A DNA stretch of 56,105 nucleotides. It comes from a virus (taxonomy: Duplodnaviria > Caudoviricetes). A program made the translations under genes and the position numbers. The notes beneath the pieces are model-generated. The model ran no database searches and was not told the DNA's origin. It worked only from the letters and a program-made list of their open reading frames with translations. The stretch is taken from positions 1 through 56,105 of the IMG/VR virus record IMGVR_UViG_3300005613_002598; one strand, written 5' to 3'. Shown here one piece after another: positions 1-8,900 of the stretch (its first letter is position 1; each line of letters opens with the position of its first letter).

Positions 1-112
1 TGTTAATGATACTAGAATAGGTATTTATTCTGTTGGTGATACACTTTCTGTTAGGGCTGATATGAGTTTAGATGGGCAGATGGTTTCGAGATGGTGGATT
101 GAGATACCTTAA
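1..112 (+). CDS. 3' end of an upstream hypothetical protein (partial)
   Basis: Open frame from position 2 (VNDTRIGIYSVGDTLSVRADMSLDGQMVSRWWIEIP) ending TAA at 110-112. Confidence 0.55.
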   Translation, partial: VNDTRIGIYSVGDTLSVRADMSLDGQMVSRWWIEIP

Positions 113-125
113 TTGAAAATATAGT

Positions 126-135
126 TGATATTTAT
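126..135 (+). promoter_or_regulatory. Putative phage late promoter motif TGATATTTAT
   Basis: Same 10-mer recurs shortly upstream of several gene starts (5356, 7081, 8679, 17332, 25756, 43381). Confidence 0.6.
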
Positions 136-170
136 ATAAAGTTACTCTAAAAATTTAAAAGAATTTATAA

Positions 171-1073
171 ATGTCCAGATTATATGTAAATAGTATATTA
201 CCACAAACTGGAAGTGTGGTTGATTTTAATCAAAATGTAAACTTCGCTTCTAATGTAACTGCTAGTAATATCAGTGCTAGTGGATTTATTAGTGCATCTT
301 ATTTTGTTGGTGATGGAAGTAAATTGATAAATGTGAATGGGGCTTCCGGCGGAACTGGAATTTTCAATCAAACTGGAAGTTTTTATAACACTACTAATAA
401 TGTTGGTATTACAGGTTCTTTTGTTGTAACTGGTGGTATTACTGGTTCAAATAGTATATCTGCAATATATGACTTATTTGGAGTAACACGTTCTTTGACC
501 GAACAAGGTGGTGATGTTATTAAATGGGATCCTAGTTTACAAAAATACACAAATGGACCTTTGGTATTATTTAGTGGATTTAACGTTTCATCATCAGACC
601 CGGTTGGTGTAGTTGGATTTGAATCATTGACATTGACAAATGATGATACTATAAACTTTATCGGTGCCAGTGGTAGTAAAAATGGAAGTGTTTTAGATAT
701 AAAATTTGATACTGGATTTGATAGAATAGACGGACAACGGGTTCAAGCAAATAGAGTTATAAGATATATGAGTGGGTCATTGAATCCGCCTAATATAAAA
801 GACTCGACAGGTCAAGTAATTTTGACTGTAACTTCTGAAGAATATCAAATTGCTAGTGCCAGTGTTAGGTATCAGTTACCAATTATAAGTACAAATTCTA
901 ACGGAAAACGTTTTACGTTTTATCAACTAATGGATGGAGAATCAATTCAAATTAGCCAATCAGATAATATAGGTTTAATTGAAACAGTTGGAAAATATAA
1001 AATAGATGTTTTTATTTGTAATACCACCCCATCTCATTACCTAATCACGAGTGAAAGTTTAAGTGTATTTTAA
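171..1073 (+). CDS. Putative virion structural / fibre-like protein, Ser/Gly/Thr-rich
   Basis: 300 aa; N-terminal half has beta-rich repeats (ASNISASGFISASYFVGDGSKL, TGSFVVTGGITGS); lies in tail gene context. Confidence 0.55.
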   Translation: MSRLYVNSILPQTGSVVDFNQNVNFASNVTASNISASGFISASYFVGDGSKLINVNGASGGTGIFNQTGSFYNTTNNVGITGSFVVTGGITGSNSISAIYDLFGVTRSLTEQGGDVIKWDPSLQKYTNGPLVLFSGFNVSSSDPVGVVGFESLTLTNDDTINFIGASGSKNGSVLDIKFDTGFDRIDGQRVQANRVIRYMSGSLNPPNIKDSTGQVILTVTSEEYQIASASVRYQLPIISTNSNGKRFTFYQLMDGESIQISQSDNIGLIETVGKYKIDVFICNTTPSHYLITSESLSVF

Positions 1074-1083
1074 CAATCAATAA

Positions 1084-2856
1084 ATGGCAAGTTTAACTGA
1101 CAATTCTTTGACTCTCGCAAGTGGTATTTTTGAACCATATGGAGTAGGTATTGGGAAAAGTAGTGGTCAAATATCGTCTACAAATAATGTTGTAATAAGT
1201 GGTTCTTTGCAACGTGTATTTTATACAGCAACTGCAAGCGATGAAAATGCCATACCAGTTGAGTGGAGTGCATCTAATTACAACAATATTAATACTCAAT
1301 TTGAGGCCGAGGACGACAATACAAAGCAAGAATTATTACTTAGTTTTATAAACCCTATCACAGGTAGTCGTGGATATGGGGGGATTACTAGAATAAATGC
1401 AAATGGATACGCTCAACTACTTTTTTTAGATGTATATCCCGCTTTTGGATTTTCCCCAACAAATGGAAATGGATTTATTGGAAATCCAAATTATGCTGGT
1501 CCAATAGTTTTATATTTTCATGGAGGTGGTTTTAATAGTGGTGCTGCAAATTTTGATTTAACCCCCGATGAAAGTATTAATCAATTTAGACGTGCTGGAT
1601 TTCATTGTATATCCGTTGAATATAGACGTGGTTGGGGTGTTGTTACTGGGTCTTTGTTTGGACTTTCAGAAGAAAAATCGCCTGAGAGATTATTAGGTGC
1701 TATTAGTATTACTAGTGATTTGAAGGGTTATTATCTTACTGACCAAGGTCAAATACCGCCTACTATAAGTGAAGAGGCCTCCGGCAGATTTCTTCAAACG
1801 GCCTTGGGTACAAGTGGAATTGCCATTATTGATTGTATAGATGCATGGGATTGGGTTGACAGAAACATACAAACACTTTTACCTAATGCAATTAAAAAAT
1901 ACGTTTTACAAGGTAATTCAGCAGGCGGTTCATTAACCGCACAATTGTCATTTGCAAACGATTTAGGCAGTGCTAAACTGAATAGATTAGAAAAAAAATT
2001 AATAGGTTCTATTGAATCGTTTGGATCGTATACAGCGTCTGTATCCATCGATAATACAATACGTAATCGAGAAATACCATATCCAATTATAATACAATCG
2101 GCTGGTTTTGATAAGTTAGTACCATACAGAGATAATCATTTATTTTATCAAACAAACTTACCTTATTCAAAGGGAACGTATGACCAATACATTACGTTAA
2201 GTGAAAGTGGAAAATATGTTTATTGGTACAATACCCCCACGGGTGGGCATGGATATGATGCTTGGGATAAAACATTTAATTTATTGGGAACTGATGATCT
2301 TCGTGAAACTGAATACATTAATTGGGCAATCAAACTTATAAACAAAAAAATTGGAAACGAAACATTACCACCGCCACATTGGTTAACTAGAGTTGGTACG
2401 ATTTTAGATCCTTTAGAAGATATGGGATACCCAACTGTTGGGTATTACACCAACCTATCGGCGGAGTCTGCATCTACATTGTACACAACAAATTCAATGT
2501 GGTTTGATATCCCATTCAACACAGATATTCAGTCAGAGTGGTTTTATACTAGTTCGTTTGTTGAAGGCAATTATACAAATCAATCCGTTCATCTTTTGAT
2601 AAGTGCATCAACTAGTGAATCTTTGGAATATTTGGTTTCAGAATCTGCTAGACAACATGCGATTACTGACGCATCAGTAGGAACTAATTTAATTAGAACA
2701 AACACAGAAAACTATATAAGTAATTATGGCAACGTATCAATTTTACATTGGGGAAATGCACAAAGTACCGCCGGCCCGGCCCTGCGCACTTTAGCAGAGA
2801 TATCAACTTCTATTGCCAATTATGTGACCTCCCAAAACGAGGACCCATTTACATAA
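1084..2856 (+). CDS. Putative virion protein with alpha/beta-hydrolase (HSL-like esterase) domain
   Basis: LYFHGGGF oxyanion motif, SVEYR, GNSAG nucleophile elbow, DKLVP Asp and GGHG His motifs. Confidence 0.7.
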   Translation: MASLTDNSLTLASGIFEPYGVGIGKSSGQISSTNNVVISGSLQRVFYTATASDENAIPVEWSASNYNNINTQFEAEDDNTKQELLLSFINPITGSRGYGGITRINANGYAQLLFLDVYPAFGFSPTNGNGFIGNPNYAGPIVLYFHGGGFNSGAANFDLTPDESINQFRRAGFHCISVEYRRGWGVVTGSLFGLSEEKSPERLLGAISITSDLKGYYLTDQGQIPPTISEEASGRFLQTALGTSGIAIIDCIDAWDWVDRNIQTLLPNAIKKYVLQGNSAGGSLTAQLSFANDLGSAKLNRLEKKLIGSIESFGSYTASVSIDNTIRNREIPYPIIIQSAGFDKLVPYRDNHLFYQTNLPYSKGTYDQYITLSESGKYVYWYNTPTGGHGYDAWDKTFNLLGTDDLRETEYINWAIKLINKKIGNETLPPPHWLTRVGTILDPLEDMGYPTVGYYTNLSAESASTLYTTNSMWFDIPFNTDIQSEWFYTSSFVEGNYTNQSVHLLISASTSESLEYLVSESARQHAITDASVGTNLIRTNTENYISNYGNVSILHWGNAQSTAGPALRTLAEISTSIANYVTSQNEDPFT

Positions 2857-2883
2857 TAAATCTTTACATAAAAACAAATAGTT

Positions 2884-3123
2884 ATGAAATTTACAGAACA
2901 AGAACTAAAACAACTAAAAAGTATACAATCCAAATATAATGATTATACTTTACAATTAGGTCAATTAGAATTAGAATTAATTGAATTAAAACAACGTAAA
3001 CAACAAATTGAAGAATTGGTATTGAAACTTAGAACTGAAGAAATCAATTTAGCAACCGAACTTACCAAAAAATACGGAAAAGGTACCATTGATATAAACA
3101 CCGGTGAATTTGTTCCTCAGTAA
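2884..3123 (+). CDS. Small coiled-coil hypothetical protein
   Basis: 79 aa with heptad-like L/E/K pattern and C-terminal KYGKGTIDINTGEF. Confidence 0.7.
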   Translation: MKFTEQELKQLKSIQSKYNDYTLQLGQLELELIELKQRKQQIEELVLKLRTEEINLATELTKKYGKGTIDINTGEFVPQ

Positions 3124-3187
3124 GGATTTTGATACAATTCCATATATTTATATAGTAGAAGTTATCTATAAAATTAGAGAATAATAT

Positions 3188-5287
3188 ATGGCAGAAAATA
3201 TAGTTAGTCCTGGTGTATTTACTAGAGAAAATGACCTTTCATTTATACCACAAGGTGTTGCAGAAATCGGTGCGGCTATTGTAGGCCCTACTGTCAAGGG
3301 GCCGGTAAACGTCCCTATTAAAGTAAATTCTTTTAGTGATTATGCGGCTACCTTTGGTACTACATTTAAAAGTGGTAGTCAGTACTATGAGTTTTTCACA
3401 AGCATTGCGGCTGAATACTACTTGAGAAATTCAGGCGCACTTACTGTTGTAAGGGTTGCATCGGGGTCGGCAGCACCAGCCAGTGCTAGTGTTTACTCTA
3501 ATACTACTGTTGGTCTTACTTTTGCATCTGCATCTGTTACTATAGATGCATTTGGGGACAATCAAGAATTTCATATTGTAGATGGAACTACAACATATAG
3601 ATTTATAGCAAGAGCCGTCCTCCCGCCCGATGCGCCTAGTGGTAATTTGTGGTTTTTCCAAAGCCAGTCACTGGGACAAAGTGCCCAAAATTTAAAAAAT
3701 GAAATCAATAACGCAATACCAAACGTTGTTTCGGCCTCGATCGCCGGCCCCGCCTTGATATTATCCGGTTCAGCCGCCGGTACAAGGTATAATGGTATAT
3801 TTTTCGCTACATCCTCACTAAATGGTGCCGGGCCTTATTTTACTCAATCTACATTAGAGGGTGGTACTGATAGTACTACACAAACCAAAGTGTTTGATGT
3901 ATATACACTCGCTGATGGTGTAATTATGAATAATAGTGGTGCGTTGGGAACAAATGATGCACTTGCATTGGGAACTGCAGATAATGTACGTTGGGAAATC
4001 TCTAATGTAAATAACGAAACTGGTACATTCACATTCTCAATCCGTAGAGGTGATGATACTCAAAATCGTAAGATTTATCTTGAGCAGTATAACAATGTAA
4101 ATCTTGACCCAAATACAACTAACTATATTGGTAGAGCAGTTGGTACACAATACTTGACAATTCAAGATGCGGCTACCGCAGACCCATTCTTACAATTAAC
4201 TGGTGACTATCCAAACATTTCCAAGTATATAAGAGTGGCTAATATAGTAGATACCGTTGATTATTTAGATACCAATGGTGATGTTAGAGTTGCAGCCGCA
4301 TCTGCATCACTCCCAAGTGCGGGGTCTGGTTCTGAAGGTGGTGCGTTTGGGGGTGGACTTGGTGGTGATGTTAGTGCAGTTGAATTCAAAATGTTTGATA
4401 ACATTACTGAAACAAATGTACAGGGTCTTGACCCAGATACAGATTACACTACTGCATTTAGATTGCTAAAAAACCAAGATGAGTATGATATTAATTTACT
4501 TATCGCACCTGGTATGACATTAACCAACCACGGAACGGCAGTTGCTGAAGCAAAAACAGTTGTTGAAGATCGTGGTGATGTATTCTTAGTGGTTGACCCC
4601 GTATTACATGGAACTACTACATTAGCTACTGTAACATCGGCTGCTAATTCATTAATAAGTTCTTACGCCGCTACTTACTGGCCATGGGTTAAAATCAGAG
4701 CAACTAGATTGAATAGAGATGTTTGGGTTCCACCAAGTGTGGTGATGCCTGGTGTATTGAGTTACAATGATAGTGTTAGTGCAGAATGGTTCGCACCAGC
4801 CGGTCTTACTCGTGGTGGTATTGATATAGCAGTTCAAGCAGAACGTAAATTGACTAAGGCTAACCGTGACACTCTTTATGATGGCCGTGTTAACCCAATC
4901 GCTACTTTCCCAGGACAGGGCGTGACTGTATTCGGTCAGAAAACTCTTCAGAAAAAGGCAACTTCATTGGACCGTGTTAATGTTCGAAGATTGTTGATTA
5001 ACTTGAAAAAGTTTATCGCATCTACTTCAAGATTCTTGATTTTCGAAAATAACACATCTGCAACAAGAAATAGATTCTTGAATACAGTAGTTCCTTATAT
5101 GGAATCAGTACAACAAAATCAAGGTCTTTACGCATTCCGTGTTATCATGGATGAAACTAACAATACACCTGATATTATAGATAGAAATATTCTTAAAGGT
5201 GATATTTACATTCAACCAGCTAGGGCAGCTGAATTCATTGTGATTGATTTTAATATTCTTCCAACTGGTGCGCAATTTGGAGAATAA
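3188..5287 (+). CDS. gp18: Contractile tail sheath protein (T4 gp18-like)
   Basis: N-terminal SPGVFTRENDLS, GPTVKGP; C-terminal YWPW, WFAPAG, NPIATF, GQKTLQ, DRVNVRRLL, FENN, IYIQPARAAEFI. Confidence 0.95.
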   Translation: MAENIVSPGVFTRENDLSFIPQGVAEIGAAIVGPTVKGPVNVPIKVNSFSDYAATFGTTFKSGSQYYEFFTSIAAEYYLRNSGALTVVRVASGSAAPASASVYSNTTVGLTFASASVTIDAFGDNQEFHIVDGTTTYRFIARAVLPPDAPSGNLWFFQSQSLGQSAQNLKNEINNAIPNVVSASIAGPALILSGSAAGTRYNGIFFATSSLNGAGPYFTQSTLEGGTDSTTQTKVFDVYTLADGVIMNNSGALGTNDALALGTADNVRWEISNVNNETGTFTFSIRRGDDTQNRKIYLEQYNNVNLDPNTTNYIGRAVGTQYLTIQDAATADPFLQLTGDYPNISKYIRVANIVDTVDYLDTNGDVRVAAASASLPSAGSGSEGGAFGGGLGGDVSAVEFKMFDNITETNVQGLDPDTDYTTAFRLLKNQDEYDINLLIAPGMTLTNHGTAVAEAKTVVEDRGDVFLVVDPVLHGTTTLATVTSAANSLISSYAATYWPWVKIRATRLNRDVWVPPSVVMPGVLSYNDSVSAEWFAPAGLTRGGIDIAVQAERKLTKANRDTLYDGRVNPIATFPGQGVTVFGQKTLQKKATSLDRVNVRRLLINLKKFIASTSRFLIFENNTSATRNRFLNTVVPYMESVQQNQGLYAFRVIMDETNNTPDIIDRNILKGDIYIQPARAAEFIVIDFNILPTGAQFGE

Positions 5288-5314
5288 AATAAGAAATTAT
5301 ATTTAACGGGTTGA

Positions 5315-5344
5315 AAAAAGGAGATAATTAATTATCTCCTTTTT
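5315..5344. terminator. Intrinsic (probably bidirectional) terminator after the sheath gene
   Basis: Perfect palindrome AAAAAGGAGATAAT-TA-ATTATCTCCTTTTT. Confidence 0.75.
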
Positions 5345-5355
5345 CAAATTATTGT

Positions 5356-5365
5356 TGATATTTAT
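5356..5365 (+). promoter_or_regulatory. TGATATTTAT promoter motif
   Basis: About 30 nt upstream of the GTG start at 5395. Confidence 0.55.
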
Positions 5366-5394
5366 TAATGAACAATTAGATATAAAGTGTTGTT

Positions 5395-7083
5395 GTGAAC
5401 ATATCCGATATTAAAAAATTATATAATAATTCCGGCCGGGGATTTTATAATATAGTGAAATTTAAGCACCCAAAGCTATATATTAAACTCAAAAACGGAA
5501 AGGGAAGAACTATACCTGAATCATTGTATTTACTTATGAATGAATGTAATCAGCCAATGTGTACTGTATGTAAAACTGCGCCAGCTAGATTTATATCTAT
5601 TAAAAATGGCTATACTGATTTTTGTAATAAGAAGTGTTATGAAATGGTACATGGTGCTCGTATTAAGGAAATCGCTAATACGGGAGTATATAAAAATGTC
5701 GGGAAAAAGGCTAAATCTACATTTTTGAAAAACGGTGGGAATTATAATGATACTGTAGCTAGGGGTAGAATTACCAAAAAAGAAAAATATGGCGATGAAA
5801 ATTATAATAATCGCGATAAATGTATTGCTACAAATATTAAAAGATACGGAACTAAAGTCCATCCAAACGTAAATAAATCTACTATTAGCCGAATTAACTC
5901 TAATCAGATAGGATTTAAATCAGAAAAATATAAACAATATTTGAAAGATAATGGAGTGGAAAATGCAAGTCAGATTCAATCTGTCCGTGATAAAAAGGCT
6001 AAAAGTAATTTTAAACGCATGATGGTTAGTATGGTCAATGGTAATAGACTTCAACAAAAAGTAATACCATTATTTACTATTGATGATTATGTGGGGCAAC
6101 ATACCATGTACCCGTTTGAATGTAGTGAGTGCGGCAATAAATTTGCGGATAAAGTATTAAATGGAAAAATACCAAGATGCCTTAGCTGTAATCCACTATA
6201 TTCAGTAAAATCATTGAAACAACGAGAAGTATACGATTATATTAATACAATATATAATGGTGAAATTTTATATAATTGTAGATCGGTATTATCAAACAAT
6301 AATGAATTAGATATATACATTCCAGAAAAAAATATTGCAATTGAATATAATGGGAATTATTGGCATTCTGAATTATTGGGAAAAGATAAAAAATATCATA
6401 TAGCGAAAACCGAAGAATGTGAAAAACTCGGAATTCAATTAATTCATATATTTGAAGATGAGTGGCTTAATAAGGAATATATAGTAAAAAATAGAATTAA
6501 ATATATTCTAAATGTTGAATCGGGTAAATTGTATGCAAGAAATTGCACTATAAAGGAAATATCGGCTTCTGATAAAAATAAATTTCTCCTTGATAATCAT
6601 TTACAAGGTCCAGATAAATCAAAAATAAAACTTGGAGCGTTTTATGATAATGAACTGGTATCTGTTATGACCTTTGGTGGTCTGAGAAGAGCCCTTGGGT
6701 CTATACAAGTAAATAATCATTATGAATTATATAGGTTTTGTTCTAAGATTAGAATTATTGGAATAGCAAGTAAATTATTAACGTACTTTATTCGAAATTA
6801 CAGTCCAGAAAAAATAATAACTTATGCTGATAGAAGATGGTCAAATGGTAAATTATATGAAGCTATTGGATTTACTAAGGTATCAAATGGAACTCCTAAT
6901 TATTGGTATCTTGATGGAAATATGAATAGAATTCATAGATATACATTCCGTAAGGGAATATTATCAAATAAATTGGCCGATTTCAATCCTCAGTTAACGG
7001 AATGGCAAAACATGCAACGAAACGGATATAATAGAATATGGGATTGTGGTAGCTTAAAATTTCAATTAAACTTAAAAACTTGA
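5395..7083 (+). CDS. Free-standing Hef/Vsr-like endonuclease with zinc-finger repeats and C-terminal GNAT (Mom-like) domain
   Basis: CxxC pairs, KEKYG/KRYG repeats, ELDIYIPEKNIAIEYNGNYWHS and IHIFEDEW nuclease motifs; then NHLQG, YELYRFC, GIASKLL, TYADRRW, WDCG. Confidence 0.75.
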   Translation: MNISDIKKLYNNSGRGFYNIVKFKHPKLYIKLKNGKGRTIPESLYLLMNECNQPMCTVCKTAPARFISIKNGYTDFCNKKCYEMVHGARIKEIANTGVYKNVGKKAKSTFLKNGGNYNDTVARGRITKKEKYGDENYNNRDKCIATNIKRYGTKVHPNVNKSTISRINSNQIGFKSEKYKQYLKDNGVENASQIQSVRDKKAKSNFKRMMVSMVNGNRLQQKVIPLFTIDDYVGQHTMYPFECSECGNKFADKVLNGKIPRCLSCNPLYSVKSLKQREVYDYINTIYNGEILYNCRSVLSNNNELDIYIPEKNIAIEYNGNYWHSELLGKDKKYHIAKTEECEKLGIQLIHIFEDEWLNKEYIVKNRIKYILNVESGKLYARNCTIKEISASDKNKFLLDNHLQGPDKSKIKLGAFYDNELVSVMTFGGLRRALGSIQVNNHYELYRFCSKIRIIGIASKLLTYFIRNYSPEKIITYADRRWSNGKLYEAIGFTKVSNGTPNYWYLDGNMNRIHRYTFRKGILSNKLADFNPQLTEWQNMQRNGYNRIWDCGSLKFQLNLKT

Positions 7084-7090
7084 TATTTAT
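7081..7090 (+). promoter_or_regulatory. TGATATTTAT promoter motif upstream of the tail tube gene
   Basis: Overlaps the TGA stop of the endonuclease; GAGG Shine-Dalgarno-like sequence follows. Confidence 0.6.
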
Positions 7091-7112
7091 ATATAAACGA
7101 GGAAATAAATAA

Positions 7113-7601
7113 ATGGCAGAACTAATCGATCCAAATGAGTTGATGTTTAAAACATTTCAACCAAAACAAAACCACAGATTTATCATGTATATTGATGGTA
7201 TCCCATCCTTCATGGTCAAAGCTGTTGCTCGTCCAAATGTAACTACCAATAAAGTTACATTAGACCACATCAATACCAAACGTCATATTACTGGTAAATC
7301 AGAATGGCAGGATATCACTTTAACTCTATATGACCCAATTGTACCATCAGGTACTCAAGCCGCTATCGAATGGTTCAGATTACATTATGAATCAGTAACA
7401 GGTCGTGCTGGATATGCTGACTTTTACAAAAAAGATGTTACTATCAACGTATTGGGTCCGGTTGGTGATAAAGTAGAAGAATGGACTTTAAAGGGTGCAT
7501 TCATTGTAGGTATGACTCCATCGGCATTGGATTGGGCAGAAGATGGATTTTCAACAGTTGAACTTACTTTGGCTTATGACTATGCCATACTACAGTTCTA
7601 A
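7113..7601 (+). CDS. gp19: Tail tube protein (T4 gp19-like)
   Basis: PKQNHRF, WQDITLTLYDP, YKKDVTINVLGPVGDKVEEWTLKGAF, LTLAYDYA; downstream of sheath. Confidence 0.9.
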   Translation: MAELIDPNELMFKTFQPKQNHRFIMYIDGIPSFMVKAVARPNVTTNKVTLDHINTKRHITGKSEWQDITLTLYDPIVPSGTQAAIEWFRLHYESVTGRAGYADFYKKDVTINVLGPVGDKVEEWTLKGAFIVGMTPSALDWAEDGFSTVELTLAYDYAILQF

Positions 7602-7633
7602 TATTATAATTTAAATTTAACTAAACACAAGTT

Positions 7634-8464
7634 ATGGAAAATAGTTTTAAGCTCGATAACGAGCAATTAAAAGCACAAGTTGCAAAACAATATCAAAAAC
7701 AAGAATTACAATTTCCAACTGAAATAATTGATTTACCTTCTAAGGGGTTGGTATATCCAGAAGGACACCCACTTCGAGATGGTCGTGTAGAAATGAAATA
7801 CATGACTGCTAAAGAAGAGGATATTCTTAGTTCCGAGTCTCTTATTAGAAAGGGTGTTGTATTGGACAAATTGTTTAGGTCTTTGATTATTGGTAATGGT
7901 GATGGGGTTCCGTTTAATTATGATGACCTTATTACAGGTGATAAAGATGCAATTATGATTGCCGCTCGTGTATTGGGATATGGCAAAGATTATACCATTA
8001 AAATTGATGTGGCTGAATTGGACGAACCGCATGAAGTTACTGTAGATTTAACCACACTTAATGATAATCAGTTTGATGAATCTTTGTTTGAAAAGTATGG
8101 AAACAATATTCCTTATACACTTCCAGCTGCTAAAAAACAAATAACATTCAAAATTTTGAATGGACATGATGAAAAATTGATAACAAGTAAACTCAAGAAA
8201 AAAGATACAAGTGGTATTAAACGGGATAATTCAACTCGGTTAAAACACATTATAACTTCAATTGATGGTGATGAAGATCAATCTACAATTGATGAGTTTG
8301 TAGATAATTACTTACTATCACGTGATTCTTTTGCACTAAAAGAATACATCAAAAAAATTCAACCCGGTGTTGATATGAGATTTTTGTTGGAAATTCCAGA
8401 ACAAGAAATTTCCAGGTGGGTTGATTTACCAATCGGTTTAGACTTTTTTTGGCCCGGGGTCTGA
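7634..8464 (+). CDS. Tail/baseplate hub assembly chaperone (T4 gp26-like)
   Basis: IDLPSKG, MTAKEEDIL, DLITGDKDAIMIAAR..GYG, C-terminal LPIGLDFFWP; lies between tube and tape measure. Confidence 0.75.
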   Translation: MENSFKLDNEQLKAQVAKQYQKQELQFPTEIIDLPSKGLVYPEGHPLRDGRVEMKYMTAKEEDILSSESLIRKGVVLDKLFRSLIIGNGDGVPFNYDDLITGDKDAIMIAARVLGYGKDYTIKIDVAELDEPHEVTVDLTTLNDNQFDESLFEKYGNNIPYTLPAAKKQITFKILNGHDEKLITSKLKKKDTSGIKRDNSTRLKHIITSIDGDEDQSTIDEFVDNYLLSRDSFALKEYIKKIQPGVDMRFLLEIPEQEISRWVDLPIGLDFFWPGV

Positions 8465-8474
8465 TTACAGACCC
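8444..8474 (+). other. Candidate programmed ribosomal frameshift signal
   Basis: T7 run 8444-8450 (GAC TTT TTT TGG), 6-nt spacer, then perfect hairpin GGGTCTG-ATTA-CAGACCC (8457-8474). Confidence 0.65.
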
Positions 8475-8666
8475 ATTCTGCACCAAGAAATCTTTGGATT
8501 AACATTCCATGGAAAGGGATTTTCATGGAGTGAAGTGTATAATATGCCTATATGGTTACGTAGATTCTACATAAACCAAGTCAAAGAGTATTACGAGGCA
8601 CAAAATAAGCAAATGGAAGAAGCTAAACGTGGTGCTACTCAACCAAAGTTTAATAGGTTCAAGTAA
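8451..8666 (+). CDS. Frameshift extension of the chaperone (gp51 / gpT-like), not in the ORF track
   Basis: +1/-2 frame reads GPGSDYRPILHQEIFGLTFHGKGFSWSEVYNMPIWLRRFYINQVKEYYEAQNKQMEEAKRGATQPKFNRFK*; no ATG/GTG/TTG start before the conserved-looking part. Confidence 0.7.
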   Translation, partial: GPGSDYRPILHQEIFGLTFHGKGFSWSEVYNMPIWLRRFYINQVKEYYEAQNKQMEEAKRGATQPKFNRFK

Positions 8667-8688
8667 AATTGAACCTATTGATATTTAT
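8652..8688 (+). promoter_or_regulatory. Hairpin followed by TGATATTTAT promoter motif
   Basis: 11-bp inverted repeat AATAGGTTCAA / TTGAACCTATT (8652-8679), then the motif at 8679-8688. Confidence 0.5.
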
Positions 8689-8708
8689 ATCAAAACGAAA
8701 CTATTATT

Positions 8709-8900
8709 ATGGGATTATTCAATAGAATCATATTTGCATTAGTAGGGACTAGTGAAAAACAGTTGAAAAAAACGCTGGATAAATATGATACAAAACTTAC
8801 AGATCAAATGTTTAACGTTAAAGCTGAGGCTGATAAACTTCAAAAAATGATTGATGATTACGAAAGAAAATACGGAAAATCTCCATTTAAAGATAAATAA
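8709..8900 (+). CDS. Small hypothetical protein
   Basis: 63 aa, stop overlaps the next start (TAATG). Confidence 0.65.
   Translation: MGLFNRIIFALVGTSEKQLKKTLDKYDTKLTDQMFNVKAEADKLQKMIDDYERKYGKSPFKDK

Noticed and set aside
8449-8502. Canonical -1 frameshift product of the tail chaperone
   Set aside because: The -1 frame reaches TAA after about 17 codons; the protein-like extension is in the +1/-2 frame
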